Below, one piece after another: positions 1-8,944 of a DNA stretch of 64,000 bases (its first letter is position 1; each line of letters opens with the position of its first letter). A model generated the notes under the pieces. It was not told where the DNA came from, did no database searches, and worked only from the letters and a program-made list of their open reading frames with translations. The position numbers and the translations under genes were made by a program. Source of the DNA: Candidatus Eiseniibacteriota bacterium (GTDB lineage Bacteria > Eisenbacteria > RBG-16-71-46); the NCBI GenBank assembly GCA_963776245.1, contig CAVZLN010000006.1, positions 224,001-288,000 of the forward strand. The letters are read 5' to 3'.

Positions 1-410
1 CGCTCGTCGAGCAGCGCCTGCCATGCCCGCTCCTCGGCCTCGAGCAGCGGCCCCTCGCCCTTCGCGTCCTTGGTGCCGACCCAGGGCGTCCCCTTGAACG
101 CCATGTGCTCCATCATGTGGGCGATCCCGGTGGTGCCCACCTGGTCGTTCGCGGAGCCGGCGTTGACGATGGTCTGGAACGACATCACCGGCGCGTCGTG
201 GCGCTCGACCAGCAGGAACCGGAGGCCGTTCGGAAGCACGAACTCCTGCACCTGCTTCTCGACGCGCTCGAGCCCGGTGCGCAGGGGAGCCGGGGCCGGG
301 GCCTTCGCGAGCGCGGGACGGGCGGCGCTGGCCGGAGGCGCGACGATCGCGAGCGCGCACCCCACGGCCGCGAGCCGGGCGAACCGCGCGCCCGCATGGA
401 GACGAGACAT
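1..410 (-). CDS. M16 (insulinase/pitrilysin) family zinc peptidase, 5' part; runs off the window
   Basis: Translated by hand from ATG at 410, with GGAGGG SD upstream: signal-peptide-like N-terminus, then FVLPNGLRFLLVERHDAPV...GIAHMMEHMAFKGT (inverted zincin HxxEH motif). Not in the ORF track because it is truncated. Confidence 0.9.
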   Translation of the reverse strand, partial: MSRLHAGARFARLAAVGCALAIVAPPASAARPALAKAPAPAPLRTGLERVEKQVQEFVLPNGLRFLLVERHDAPVMSFQTIVNAGSANDQVGTTGIAHMMEHMAFKGTPWVGTKDAKGEGPLLEAEERAWQALLDE

Positions 411-483
411 GGATCCCTCCTGTTCCGGATGTTCGGTGCGACGGGACGCGGCGCACTCTGCCACAGGAGGACACGGCAGGGAA

Positions 484-499
484 GGACGGCGCCGGGCGG
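484..499 (+). repeat. Target-site duplication, left copy (GGACGGCGCCGGGCGG)
   Basis: Identical 16-mer at 1957-1972, immediately outside the other TIR. Confidence 0.93.
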
Positions 500-1956
500 T
501 GCTGTTCCGCAGTGAATGTGACACCCCCTAACGCCGCAGTGAACATGACACCCATGGGACGACTACTGATGGGAGTCAGGGACGCGGTGCGATGGGCGGC
601 GGTGCGGGAAGCGGCCGCGGGACGGATCACCAACCAGGAGGGGATGCGGCGGACCGGTCTGAAGCGAAGCCAGTTCCTGCGCTACAAGCGGCGCTACCGG
701 CGGCTCGGTCCCGCGGGGCTGCTCCATGGCAACCGTGGCCGCCCCTCGCCGCGCCGGACCAGCGCGGCGACCCGGCAACGGGTGGTGGCGATGCTCGAAC
801 ATGAGGTGGTGCTGAACGACTGCCACATCCGCGACCTGCTGAAGGCGGACGGCGTGGGGGTGAGCGCGGACACCATCCGGCGCCTCCGCCTCGGGCTGGG
901 ACGTCCCGCCAAGCAGCGCCGCCGGCCGCGCCAGCATCGCCGCCGCCGCGAACGCGAGGCGCAGATGGGGACGATGGCGCTGGTGGATGGCAGCCAGTTC
1001 CACTGGGTCGGTCAGGACGCGGGCGCCCTGACGCTGGTGGGAGCGGTCGACGATGCGACCGGGCAGATCCTCGCCCTCACCTTCCGCCCCACCGAGGATC
1101 TGCACGGGTACACGGTGGTCCTGCAGCGGATCATCGCCCGCTTCGGCGTGCCCTGGACCCTCTACGGCGACCGCACCGGTATCATCGTGCGCAACGACCG
1201 GCACTGGACCCGCGAGGAGGAACTGGAGGGCCGCCAGCGCCCCTCGCACTTCGGCCAGATGCTCGAGGAGCTGGGCATCCGCTACATCGCCGCGCTCTCA
1301 CCCCAGGCCAAGGGCCGCATCGAGCGCCTCTGGCGCACGCTCCAGGACCGCCTCGCCGCCGAGCTGGCGCTGGCCGGGATCCACACCGCCGCCGCTGCCG
1401 AAGCGTTCCTGCCCGACTTCATCGCGCGCTACAACGCGTGCTTCGGCCACCCGCCGCGCCAGGCACCGGGCGCCTGGCGCAAGGCCCCGCGCGACCTCGA
1501 CCGCATCCTCGCCTGCCGCTACCCGCGCGTCGTGCGCCTCGACAACACCGTCGTGCTCGCCGGCGAGCTGCTGCAGATCCCCCCGGGTGCCTACGGCAGA
1601 TCCTCCGCCCGCTGCCGCGTCGAGGTCCGTGAACTGCTCGATGGTCGCCGGCTGGTGCTCTTTCAGCAGCACCTGCTGCTCGAATGTCCCGCTGCCGCTG
1701 GCCCCTTCGAACTCGTGCCTCGCAGCAGTGCCCGGGAGCGCTATCGCGAGGCCGAAGTCGCCCGCCGCACCGCCGCACCCCCGCACCCCCCCAAGCACGT
1801 GCGCGGGACGCCCGCCTACCTCGCCAGCATCAAGCCCGCGGCGGATCATCCGTTCCGTCGCTCCTACAAGACCCCAACCCAGCGACGAAAGGAGGAAGCC
1901 CCAGGGGTGTCACTTTCACTGCGGCGTTAGGGTGTCCTTTTCACTGCGGTGCTACA
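500..1956 (+). mobile_element. IS1202-family (ISNCY) insertion sequence, 1457 bp
   Basis: Left end TGCTGTTCCGCAGTGAATGTGACACCCCCTAACGCCGCAGTGAACATGACACCC matches the reverse complement of the right end, TGTAGCACCGCAGTGAAAAGGACACCCTAACGCCGCAGTGAAAGTGACACCCC. Flanked by a 16-bp direct repeat and contains a DDE transposase. Confidence 0.92.
554..1930 (+). CDS. ISNCY/IS1202-family DDE transposase
   Basis: N-terminal HTH with LLHGNRGRPS. Catalytic-region motifs LVDGSQFHW, AVDDATG, LYGDR and SPQAKGRIER; C-terminal PAADHPF. Start placed at the first ATG beyond the left IR (the ORF is open from 512). Confidence 0.92.
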   Translation: MGRLLMGVRDAVRWAAVREAAAGRITNQEGMRRTGLKRSQFLRYKRRYRRLGPAGLLHGNRGRPSPRRTSAATRQRVVAMLEHEVVLNDCHIRDLLKADGVGVSADTIRRLRLGLGRPAKQRRRPRQHRRRREREAQMGTMALVDGSQFHWVGQDAGALTLVGAVDDATGQILALTFRPTEDLHGYTVVLQRIIARFGVPWTLYGDRTGIIVRNDRHWTREEELEGRQRPSHFGQMLEELGIRYIAALSPQAKGRIERLWRTLQDRLAAELALAGIHTAAAAEAFLPDFIARYNACFGHPPRQAPGAWRKAPRDLDRILACRYPRVVRLDNTVVLAGELLQIPPGAYGRSSARCRVEVRELLDGRRLVLFQQHLLLECPAAAGPFELVPRSSARERYREAEVARRTAAPPHPPKHVRGTPAYLASIKPAADHPFRRSYKTPTQRRKEEAPGVSLSLRR

Positions 1957-1972
1957 GGACGGCGCCGGGCGG
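1957..1972 (+). repeat. Target-site duplication, right copy (GGACGGCGCCGGGCGG)
   Basis: Identical to 484-499. Confidence 0.93.
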
Positions 1973-2002
1973 GTGCCGGGCGGGCGCGGAGGAGCCGGAC
2001 GA

Positions 2003-3079
2003 TCAGCGCGCGCCCCGGGCCCCCCACTCCGCCAGGCGCGCCTTGAACGCGTCGATGCTGGCGATCGGCGTCGGGTCGACGCCGTTCAGCAGGGCGAGGT
2101 AGAAGCTCAGCCAGTCCCCGTACTGCACCAGGGAGGCGGCGCGCGCCAGCCGCCCGTCGCCCTCGCCCCGCAGCTCGTGCACCGCCCCGCCCTGGCGCGC
2201 CACGTACTCGGCGGTCAGCGTGAGCCGCGTCCTCACCTCGGGGGCGTCCTCGGGGTCGTGCAGGAACAGCGCGGCGATCGGCGCCTGCGCGGCGCCCGGG
2301 TTCTCCCAGCCCACGATCTCGTTGTGATTCAGCTCGGGGACCAGCGCCGAGTGGCTGAGCAGCTTGGCGTTCTCGTTGAGCTGGTTGCGGAACCGCGTCG
2401 CCACCGGACCGACGCGCTCGGAGGCCGCATACACGAACAGCAGCCGGCCGACGAGCGCGCGTGCCATCTGCTTGCACGGGTTCAGCGCCTCGGGCACCTG
2501 CGGTCCGATGCGCGCGTGCTGCGCCCGCATCACCGCCGCGGCCTCCCGCCACGCGGGCTCCGGAGGGTCGATCCATCCGAGCGAGGCGAGCAGTCCGGTG
2601 AGCGGCACCCACGCCGTGAACAGCGCCGCGCGCGGCGGCGAGCCCCCGGGCAGGCGCGCGGCGTGCACGCCATCGCGGGCGCACGCCGCGGCGAGCGCCC
2701 CGCCGGTCGTCATCGCCACGCGCGGGATGCCGCGGCGGCCAGCGTCCTCGTAGAGCGCCAGCGTCTCCTCGGTGCCCCCGGAGTACGAGCACAGCAGCGC
2801 GAGGGCGCCGCGGTCCACGCACGCCGGCCAGCGGTACTCGCGCACCACCAGCATGGGTCGCGGCAGACGGTCGAACCACAGCCCGGCGCACAGGTCGGCG
2901 GCCATCGCCGAGCCCCCCATCGCCCCCACCGCCAACAGCGACGGCTCGGACGCCGGCACCCGCCAGGGTCCCGCGGCGAGCGCGGCGAGCGCGGCGTCGA
3001 CGTTCTCCGGGATGGCGCTGATGCGTCCCGCCATCTCGAAGCGGTCCGCGTCGCCGTAGGGCAGATCGAGCCTGAGCAT
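2003..3079 (-). CDS. Bifunctional phosphoglucose/phosphomannose isomerase (SIS domain)
   Basis: MGGSAM, SYSGGTEET, NENAK, PELNHNEI and GVDPTPI motifs. The ATG overlaps the ptsI stop. Confidence 0.88.
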   Translation of the reverse strand: MLRLDLPYGDADRFEMAGRISAIPENVDAALAALAAGPWRVPASEPSLLAVGAMGGSAMAADLCAGLWFDRLPRPMLVVREYRWPACVDRGALALLCSYSGGTEETLALYEDAGRRGIPRVAMTTGGALAAACARDGVHAARLPGGSPPRAALFTAWVPLTGLLASLGWIDPPEPAWREAAAVMRAQHARIGPQVPEALNPCKQMARALVGRLLFVYAASERVGPVATRFRNQLNENAKLLSHSALVPELNHNEIVGWENPGAAQAPIAALFLHDPEDAPEVRTRLTLTAEYVARQGGAVHELRGEGDGRLARAASLVQYGDWLSFYLALLNGVDPTPIASIDAFKARLAEWGARGAR

Positions 3080-4836
3080 CAGAGGGGGCTCCGTTTGACC
3101 GCGAGGAAGCTCGGCAGGCGGGTGTCGACGTGCTCGCGCATCAGCGCCTTGACCGCCGCCGCCGAGGAGCACTCGAGCGCGGCCCGGGCGACCGTCTTCG
3201 CCTGGTCGTGGCGGATACTGCGGATGGCGGCCTTCACCCGTGGCAGATCGTAGGGGGACATCGACAGCTCGTCCACGCCGAGACCGACCAGCAGCACCGC
3301 GGTGCGCGGGTCCCCGGCCATCTCCCCGCACAGGCCGACCCAGCGGCCGGCGCGGTGCGCGGCCTCGACCGCGTGGGCGATGCTGCGCAGCACGGCGGGC
3401 TCGAGCGGCTCGTAGAGGTACGCCAGCCGCTCGTTGTTGCGGTCCATGGCGAGCGTGTACTGCACCAGGTCGTTGGTGCCGATGGAGAAGAACGAGGCGT
3501 GGCGCGCCAGCACGTCGCTCATCCACACCGCGCTCGGGGTCTCGATCATGAGCCCGATCTCGACTCCCGGGTCGTACGGGATGCCGAGGTGGTCGAGCTC
3601 CGCGCGCGCCTCGGCGCACAGCTCGAGCGCGCGCAGGAGTTCGCCCTCGCTCGCGACCATCGGGAACATCAGCCGCACGCGGCCGTGCGCGCTCGCCCGG
3701 TAGATGGCGCGCAACTGGGTGCGGAACACCTCGGGATGGTGGAGCGCGAAGCGGATGCCGCGCCAGCCGAGGAACGGGTTGGTCTCGTAGGTCATGCCGA
3801 GGTACGAGGCCACCTTGTCGCCGCCCAGGTCCATGGTGCGGAACAGCACCGGCCGCGGCGCCATGCCGGCGGCCACCGTACGGTAGGCCTCGACCTGTTC
3901 CTCCTCGGTCGGCAGCTCCGGTCGGCCCATGTAGAAGAACTCGGTGCGGAACAGTCCGATCGAGTCGGCGCCGCAGCCGAGCACGACCTCGACCTCGGAG
4001 GGCAGCTCGATGTTCGCGCCCAGCTCCAGGCGGTGCCCGTCGGCGGTCTCGGCCGGCTCGTTGCGCAGGTGCTCGAGGTGGCGCCGCTCCTCGTCGATGC
4101 GCTGACGACGCGCGCGGTATTGCCGTTCCGCGGCCGGATCGGGGTCGAGTTCGAACACCCCGGCGTACCCATCGACCGCCGCTTGCTGCCCGGTGTGCGC
4201 CACCTGCATGGCGCCGCGCACGCTCACCACCGCCGGGATGCCGCGCCCGCGCGCGACGATGGCGCCGTGGGAGGTGCGCCCGCCGACCTCGGTGACGAAC
4301 GCCAGCACGGTGTCGGGCCGCAGCAGCGCGACCTCGCTGGGCCCGAGGTCGTGGGCCACGACGATCGAGGGCTCGCGCAGCTCGGTGAGCGCCTTGGGCA
4401 CCGCTCCGAGCAGCGCCCTCAGCACGCGACGCGTGACGTCCATGATGTCGGCATGGCGCTCGCGCAGGTACTCGTCGCGCGCGTTCTCGAGCCGCGCCGC
4501 CACCTGCCCCATGTAGGTCCGGAACACGCCCGCGGCGCACAGGTGCTCGTCGCGCACGCCGCGCTCCACTGCGAGCGCCAGCTCCGGGTCGTCGAGGATC
4601 AGGAGGTGGGCGTCGTAGATGCGGGCCTCGAGGTCGCTCAACTCGGCGGCGATGCTGTCGCGGATGCGGCGCAGGTCCTCGCGCGAGGATTCGAGCGCGT
4701 CGCGGAAGCGCGCCAGCTCGGCGTCCTCGGTGCCGGGCTCGAGCGCGGTCTCGCGCACCGCCAGATCCTCGCGCTCGAACCGGAACACCGGTCCCAGGCC
4801 GATGCCGGGCGAGGCGGCGATCCCGGTGTGTCTCAC
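3079..4836 (-). CDS. ptsI: PTS enzyme I (PEP-protein phosphotransferase)
   Basis: GGRTSHGAI phospho-His motif, GLFRTEF, NPFLGWRGIR, SIGTNDL, CGEMAGD. Confidence 0.97.
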   Translation of the reverse strand: MRHTGIAASPGIGLGPVFRFEREDLAVRETALEPGTEDAELARFRDALESSREDLRRIRDSIAAELSDLEARIYDAHLLILDDPELALAVERGVRDEHLCAAGVFRTYMGQVAARLENARDEYLRERHADIMDVTRRVLRALLGAVPKALTELREPSIVVAHDLGPSEVALLRPDTVLAFVTEVGGRTSHGAIVARGRGIPAVVSVRGAMQVAHTGQQAAVDGYAGVFELDPDPAAERQYRARRQRIDEERRHLEHLRNEPAETADGHRLELGANIELPSEVEVVLGCGADSIGLFRTEFFYMGRPELPTEEEQVEAYRTVAAGMAPRPVLFRTMDLGGDKVASYLGMTYETNPFLGWRGIRFALHHPEVFRTQLRAIYRASAHGRVRLMFPMVASEGELLRALELCAEARAELDHLGIPYDPGVEIGLMIETPSAVWMSDVLARHASFFSIGTNDLVQYTLAMDRNNERLAYLYEPLEPAVLRSIAHAVEAAHRAGRWVGLCGEMAGDPRTAVLLVGLGVDELSMSPYDLPRVKAAIRSIRHDQAKTVARAALECSSAAAVKALMREHVDTRLPSFLAVKRSPL

Positions 4837-5102
4837 GGTTCCCCCCCGAACTTGCCGTCGACCAGCGCCTGCAGGGCCGCGATGGCGGCGACCTCGTCCG
4901 GACCGTCGGCGCGCACGCGGATGGAGCTCCCCTCCTCGGCCGCGAGCATCATGACGCCCATGATGCTCTTGCCGTTCACCTCGAGGTCGTCACGCGAGAC
5001 GAACACCTGGGACTGGAAGCGCGCCGCGGTCTTCACGAACAGCGCACACGCGCGCGCGTGCAGTCCCAGCTGGTTGCGGATCAGCAGGTCCGTCTCGGTC
5101 AA
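4833..5102 (-). CDS. ptsH: Phosphocarrier protein HPr
   Basis: GLHAR (His15) and NGKSIMG (Ser46). Confidence 0.96.
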   Translation of the reverse strand: MTETDLLIRNQLGLHARACALFVKTAARFQSQVFVSRDDLEVNGKSIMGVMMLAAEEGSSIRVRADGPDEVAAIAALQALVDGKFGGEP

Positions 5103-5124
5103 GCCCCGTCCTCCTTCGAGCGTG

Positions 5125-5886
5125 TCACGGCATCAGCCAGGCGGCCACCAGGCACAGCACGCCGCCGCCGAGCGCCCATTCCACCGGCGACGGCCGCGGG
5201 CGCGGAGCGGAGAGCAGCCCCATCACCAGCCCGCCGGCCAGCGTCGCCTGCCACGCCAGCGGGCGCGGATACCCCGCCGGCACCAGCAGCGCCGCGACCA
5301 CGGCGCCGATCGCGATCGTGCCCAGCAGCGCGAGCAGGCGGATGGCCCCCTCGAAGCGCCGCCGCAGCGTGTCGTCGAGCACCGCCGCGCCCGCGCGCCA
5401 GCCCCAGCCCACCCCCGCGAAGCGCACCGTCTGGTGCCCCGCGTTGTACATCAACCCGAGCGTCAGCGCCCCCGCCCACGCGGGGCCGTGGAGCGCCACC
5501 GCCACGCCGACGCAGGCCGCCACCGGCCGCAGCGTGAACCAGAAGCACCGGTCCCCGAGCGAGGCGAGCGACGAGCCCAGCACGCTCTTCACCCGCGCCA
5601 TGCCCTCGGCGTCCGGCCCGCCGCCCGCGCTGCGCTCGGCCTCGAGCGCGGCCACCGCGCCGAGCGCGAGCGAGGCCATCGAGGGCTGGGTGTTGAAGAA
5701 CGCCGTGTGCTCCGCGAGCCGTTCCCGCCGCGCCGTCGCATCCGGGATCAGCCGGTCGAGCGCCGGCTTCAGCGCCCACGCCCACCCCACTCCCTGCTGG
5801 CGCTCGTAGTTCCAGGTCGCCTGGAGCAACTGGGCCCGCAGGGCCATCTCGAACCGCGTCCGCGCGCCGATCCGGTCGTCGCTCAT
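5125..5886 (-). CDS. PTS mannose/fructose/sorbose family EIID
   Basis: LQATWNYERQQGVG, FFNTQP and LGDRCFW motifs. The ATG overlaps the EIIC stop. Confidence 0.92.
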   Translation of the reverse strand: MSDDRIGARTRFEMALRAQLLQATWNYERQQGVGWAWALKPALDRLIPDATARRERLAEHTAFFNTQPSMASLALGAVAALEAERSAGGGPDAEGMARVKSVLGSSLASLGDRCFWFTLRPVAACVGVAVALHGPAWAGALTLGLMYNAGHQTVRFAGVGWGWRAGAAVLDDTLRRRFEGAIRLLALLGTIAIGAVVAALLVPAGYPRPLAWQATLAGGLVMGLLSAPRPRPSPVEWALGGGVLCLVAAWLMP

Positions 5887-6590
5887 GGCGTGCCCATCAT
5901 CTGGACCAGCCACGCCACCATCAGCGCGACGCCGAACACCGCCGAGCGGACCAGCCGCCGCTGCACGAACGCGTGCAGCAGCTGCGCCAGCCCGAGCCCG
6001 AGCCACAGCGGCTCGGCGAGCGACCAGGCGCGCGCCAGCCGCAGCGACTCGCGCTCCGCGAGCCCGGAGAGACCCAGCACCCCCGCCGCCAGGCCGATGG
6101 CCGTGCACCCTACCCCGGCCGCGAAGGCCAGGGCAATGGCCGCGGCGTGCGAACGCGCCAGCGCGCCCTCGTGGCCGGCCCGCAGCTCGGCCTCGCACCA
6201 GCGGCTGAGACCCTCGTTCCGGCGGCGCTGCCACTTCACCACCGGCACGCCGAGCGTGGCCGCCACCAGCCCCGCGAGCACGCCCAGCAGCGCGCTCGCC
6301 TCGCGCGCCATCGGGAACGCGACCCCGGCGCCCAGCGCCAGGGCGACACCGGTTCCCACCACGCCCCCGGTGGCGAAGTCCTCCGGGGTGCGCGCGCCCA
6401 CCGGCAGCGTGCTCGCCGCCAGCACCTGGAGCACCACCGCGGTCTGGAGCGCGAGCGGCACGTCGCCCCACAGGGCGCCCAGCAGCGCGCCGGTGACGAG
6501 CGGCTGGAAGAGCAGGGTCTGCGCGACCGGCGTGGCGTCGAGCGCGGCGACGCCGCCGAGCGCGATGGTGCCGAGCACCGCGGCGTTCAC
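5883..6590 (-). CDS. PTS mannose-family EIIC permease
   Basis: Hydrophobic ORF with QPLVTGALLG and PVGARTP motifs, located between EIIB and EIID. The start is GTG 6590 or 6599. Confidence 0.85.
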   Translation of the reverse strand: MNAAVLGTIALGGVAALDATPVAQTLLFQPLVTGALLGALWGDVPLALQTAVVLQVLAASTLPVGARTPEDFATGGVVGTGVALALGAGVAFPMAREASALLGVLAGLVAATLGVPVVKWQRRRNEGLSRWCEAELRAGHEGALARSHAAAIALAFAAGVGCTAIGLAAGVLGLSGLAERESLRLARAWSLAEPLWLGLGLAQLLHAFVQRRLVRSAVFGVALMVAWLVQMMGTP

Positions 6591-6642
6591 GGGCGCCACC
6601 CCCGCGCCGACGCCCGCGGATCGCGCGGAGGCCGCGGCCCGC

Positions 6643-7128
6643 TCATGCGACCAGCCCGGGCGCGAGGGACTCGAGGCGCTCGACGCGCGAGGCCGGCACG
6701 TCCTGCACCTCGAGGGTCACGCCGCGCGCGAGCAGCGTGCGCGCCGCGGCGCGGTCGGCCTCGCCGAGATAGACGTACTCGTTCACCTTGTCCTTGCCGG
6801 GCGCGTAGTGGAGCCCGCCGAGATTGAGCGTCGTGAGCTCCGCACCCGCCTCGACCAGCGCCAGCGCCACCTGCAGCGAGCGCATCAGCAGGAACGCCCC
6901 GCCGGCCGCGTCGCGCTCCGCCACCCATCCGGCCGCGGCCTGCGACACCGTGAGCACGCGCACCTCCACGTCCGGCGCGGCGGCGACGAACAGGTCGCGT
7001 TCCCACGGGCTGGCGGCCGCGCCGTCGTCCACCACCCAGATGCGGGCGGGCCGCAGGCGCAGTCCCCACGCCACCACCACCTGGCCGTGGATGAGGCGGT
7101 CGTCCACGCGGGTCAGCAGCCAGCTCAT
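6643..7128 (-). CDS. PTS mannose-family EIIB
   Basis: RVDDRLIHGQV phospho-His motif and LNLGG. Confidence 0.95.
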   Translation of the reverse strand: MSWLLTRVDDRLIHGQVVVAWGLRLRPARIWVVDDGAAASPWERDLFVAAAPDVEVRVLTVSQAAAGWVAERDAAGGAFLLMRSLQVALALVEAGAELTTLNLGGLHYAPGKDKVNEYVYLGEADRAAARTLLARGVTLEVQDVPASRVERLESLAPGLVA

Positions 7129-7520
7129 GCCGGCTGCCCGCGTTGGACCCGGATGCTCTCCTGCCCCTTCTGCCGCAGTCGTTCGGCCAGCTCGAACACG
7201 CCGATCCGGTCCCGGTTGTGGAGGTAGTCGAGCAGGATGGGCAGATTGAGCCCGCTCACCACCACGACCTCGCCGCGCCCGCGCGCGGCCGCGATCCCGC
7301 ACAGCGTGCACGAGCCGCCCCAGAAGTCGGTGAGCACCAGGCCGCCGTGCTCCCAGTGCGAGACATGCCCCTCGATCTCGAGCTCGAGGGCGTCGCGCGA
7401 AAGCCCCTCGTTGCTCAGGACCGCCACCTCCTCGGCGGGGCCGTAGACGGACTCGACCGCCCGCAGTAGCGCGGCCGCGAGGTCGGCGTGGGTCACCAGC
7501 ACCGCGGGCACACGCGCCAT
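7125..7520 (-). CDS. PTS mannose-family EIIA
   Basis: LVTHA (phospho-His), LTDFWGGS and SGLNLPILL. Confidence 0.92.
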   Translation of the reverse strand: MARVPAVLVTHADLAAALLRAVESVYGPAEEVAVLSNEGLSRDALELEIEGHVSHWEHGGLVLTDFWGGSCTLCGIAAARGRGEVVVVSGLNLPILLDYLHNRDRIGVFELAERLRQKGQESIRVQRGQPA

Positions 7521-8494
7521 CACTCGGTGTCCTCGCGGACCCAGGCCTTGGCGGCGCTCTTGCGCTTCATGATCTCGAGCAGGTGCTGGTTGAGCCGCTC
7601 GGCCGGCGAGTAGCCCGCCGTCACCTTGACCAGGTAGTTGAGCGCGATGACCTCGGCGATGACGGTGATGTTCTTGCCCGGCGTGATCGGCACCGTCACC
7701 AGCGGGATCTCGACCCCGAGGTGCGTGGTCGTGCGCTCGTCGAGGCCGACGCGCTCGTAGTCGGCCTCGTTCGACCACTCGGTGAGGTGGACCTCGACCT
7801 CGACGCGCTTCTGCAGCCGGATCGAGCGGATGCCGAAGATCGCCTGCACGTCGATGATGCCGAGCCCGCGGATCTCCATGTGGTGCCGCAGCAGATGATT
7901 GCCGGTGCCGATGAGCACGTCGCCGTGATGGCGCGTGATGGTGACGATGTCGTCCGCGACCAGTCGCTGCCCGCGCTCGACCAGGTCGAGCGCGGTCTCC
8001 GACTTCCCGATCGCGCTGCGCCCGGTGAACATCAGCCCAACGCCGTAGACGTCCACCAGCGAGCCGTGGACGGAGATCTGGGGGGCGAACAGGTGATCGA
8101 GGTAGGCCGTGAGGGAGTGGATGAACGGGGTCGTGCTCTGGGGCGTGCGCAGCACCGGCGTCTGGCTCCGGTTCGCGCGCTGCACCAGGTAGGGCGGGAC
8201 CTCGAGCGCCTTGCACACCACGATGAGCGGCATCTGGAACTGGAACAGCCGGTCGATGGCCTCCCGGACGCCCTCGGGGGTGAGGGTCGCGAGGTAGGTG
8301 AGCTCGGTCTGCGCGAGGATCTGGATGCGCTCGGGCAGGAAGTTCTCGACGAAGCCCATCAGCGCCATGCCCGGGCGGTGGATGTCGCTCACCGTGATCT
8401 CGACGCCGGTGGCGAGCGACTCCGTGAGTTGCTCGAGCTGGAGTTCGTGGCGCTGGTCCTCGAACAGGCGGGCGACGCTCAGGGTCTGCACCAT
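7520..8494 (-). CDS. hprK: HPr(Ser) kinase/phosphorylase
   Basis: HGSLVDVYGVG, GKSETALDLV, LVADD and MEIRGLGII. Confidence 0.96.
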   Translation of the reverse strand: MVQTLSVARLFEDQRHELQLEQLTESLATGVEITVSDIHRPGMALMGFVENFLPERIQILAQTELTYLATLTPEGVREAIDRLFQFQMPLIVVCKALEVPPYLVQRANRSQTPVLRTPQSTTPFIHSLTAYLDHLFAPQISVHGSLVDVYGVGLMFTGRSAIGKSETALDLVERGQRLVADDIVTITRHHGDVLIGTGNHLLRHHMEIRGLGIIDVQAIFGIRSIRLQKRVEVEVHLTEWSNEADYERVGLDERTTTHLGVEIPLVTVPITPGKNITVIAEVIALNYLVKVTAGYSPAERLNQHLLEIMKRKSAAKAWVREDTE

Positions 8495-8495
8495 C

Positions 8496-8870
8496 TCAGC
8501 CCTCGATGCCGGGCGCCTCGTCGTCGTCCTCGGACGGGGCGGCATGGCCGTTCACGACCCGCGTGCTGCCGCGGGCCTCGTGCTTGCGGTCGATGCGCTT
8601 CTCCTTGAGCCGCCGCAACTGCTCTTCGAGCGAGTCCGCCGCGCGGTCGATCGCCATCCGCGGGTCGGTGGCCTCGTCGCGGCCGACCATCCGGGACTGG
8701 CGCAGGCGCACGGTGATCTCGGCGGTGTGCCGGTACTTCTCGGCGGTGACGACGAGGTGCGCCTCCAGGATGTCACCGGCGAAGCGCTCGAACCGCCCCA
8801 GGCGCTGTTCGGCGAAGAGACGGAGCTCGGTATCCAGATCGCAGTGGCGTGCGGTCGTGGTGATCTGCAT
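8496..8870 (-). CDS. hpf: Ribosome hibernation promoting factor (short HPF/RaiA)
   Basis: MQITTTARH...AIDRAADSLEEQLRRLKEK, directly downstream of rpoN. Confidence 0.92.
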   Translation of the reverse strand: MQITTTARHCDLDTELRLFAEQRLGRFERFAGDILEAHLVVTAEKYRHTAEITVRLRQSRMVGRDEATDPRMAIDRAADSLEEQLRRLKEKRIDRKHEARGSTRVVNGHAAPSEDDDEAPGIEG

Positions 8871-8944
8871 GGTCCACCCTTCTCCCGGCGGAGCGTGCCG
8901 CCCCCGCCGCCCTTCCATCGTGGTCGGGCCGTGGCGTGCGAAGA

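Noticed and set aside
484..499. IS targeting of a dif/XerCD site
   Set aside because: The target and its flanks are GC-rich, with no dif-like TTATG/TAA arms. The 16-bp DR does not match the short-DR xrs-targeting subgroup.
3130..7227. 1365-aa plus-strand ORF and the many other long antisense or alternate-frame ORFs
   Set aside because: Shadow ORFs of real genes in very GC-rich DNA, with low-complexity Arg/Ala/Gly/Pro composition and no motifs.
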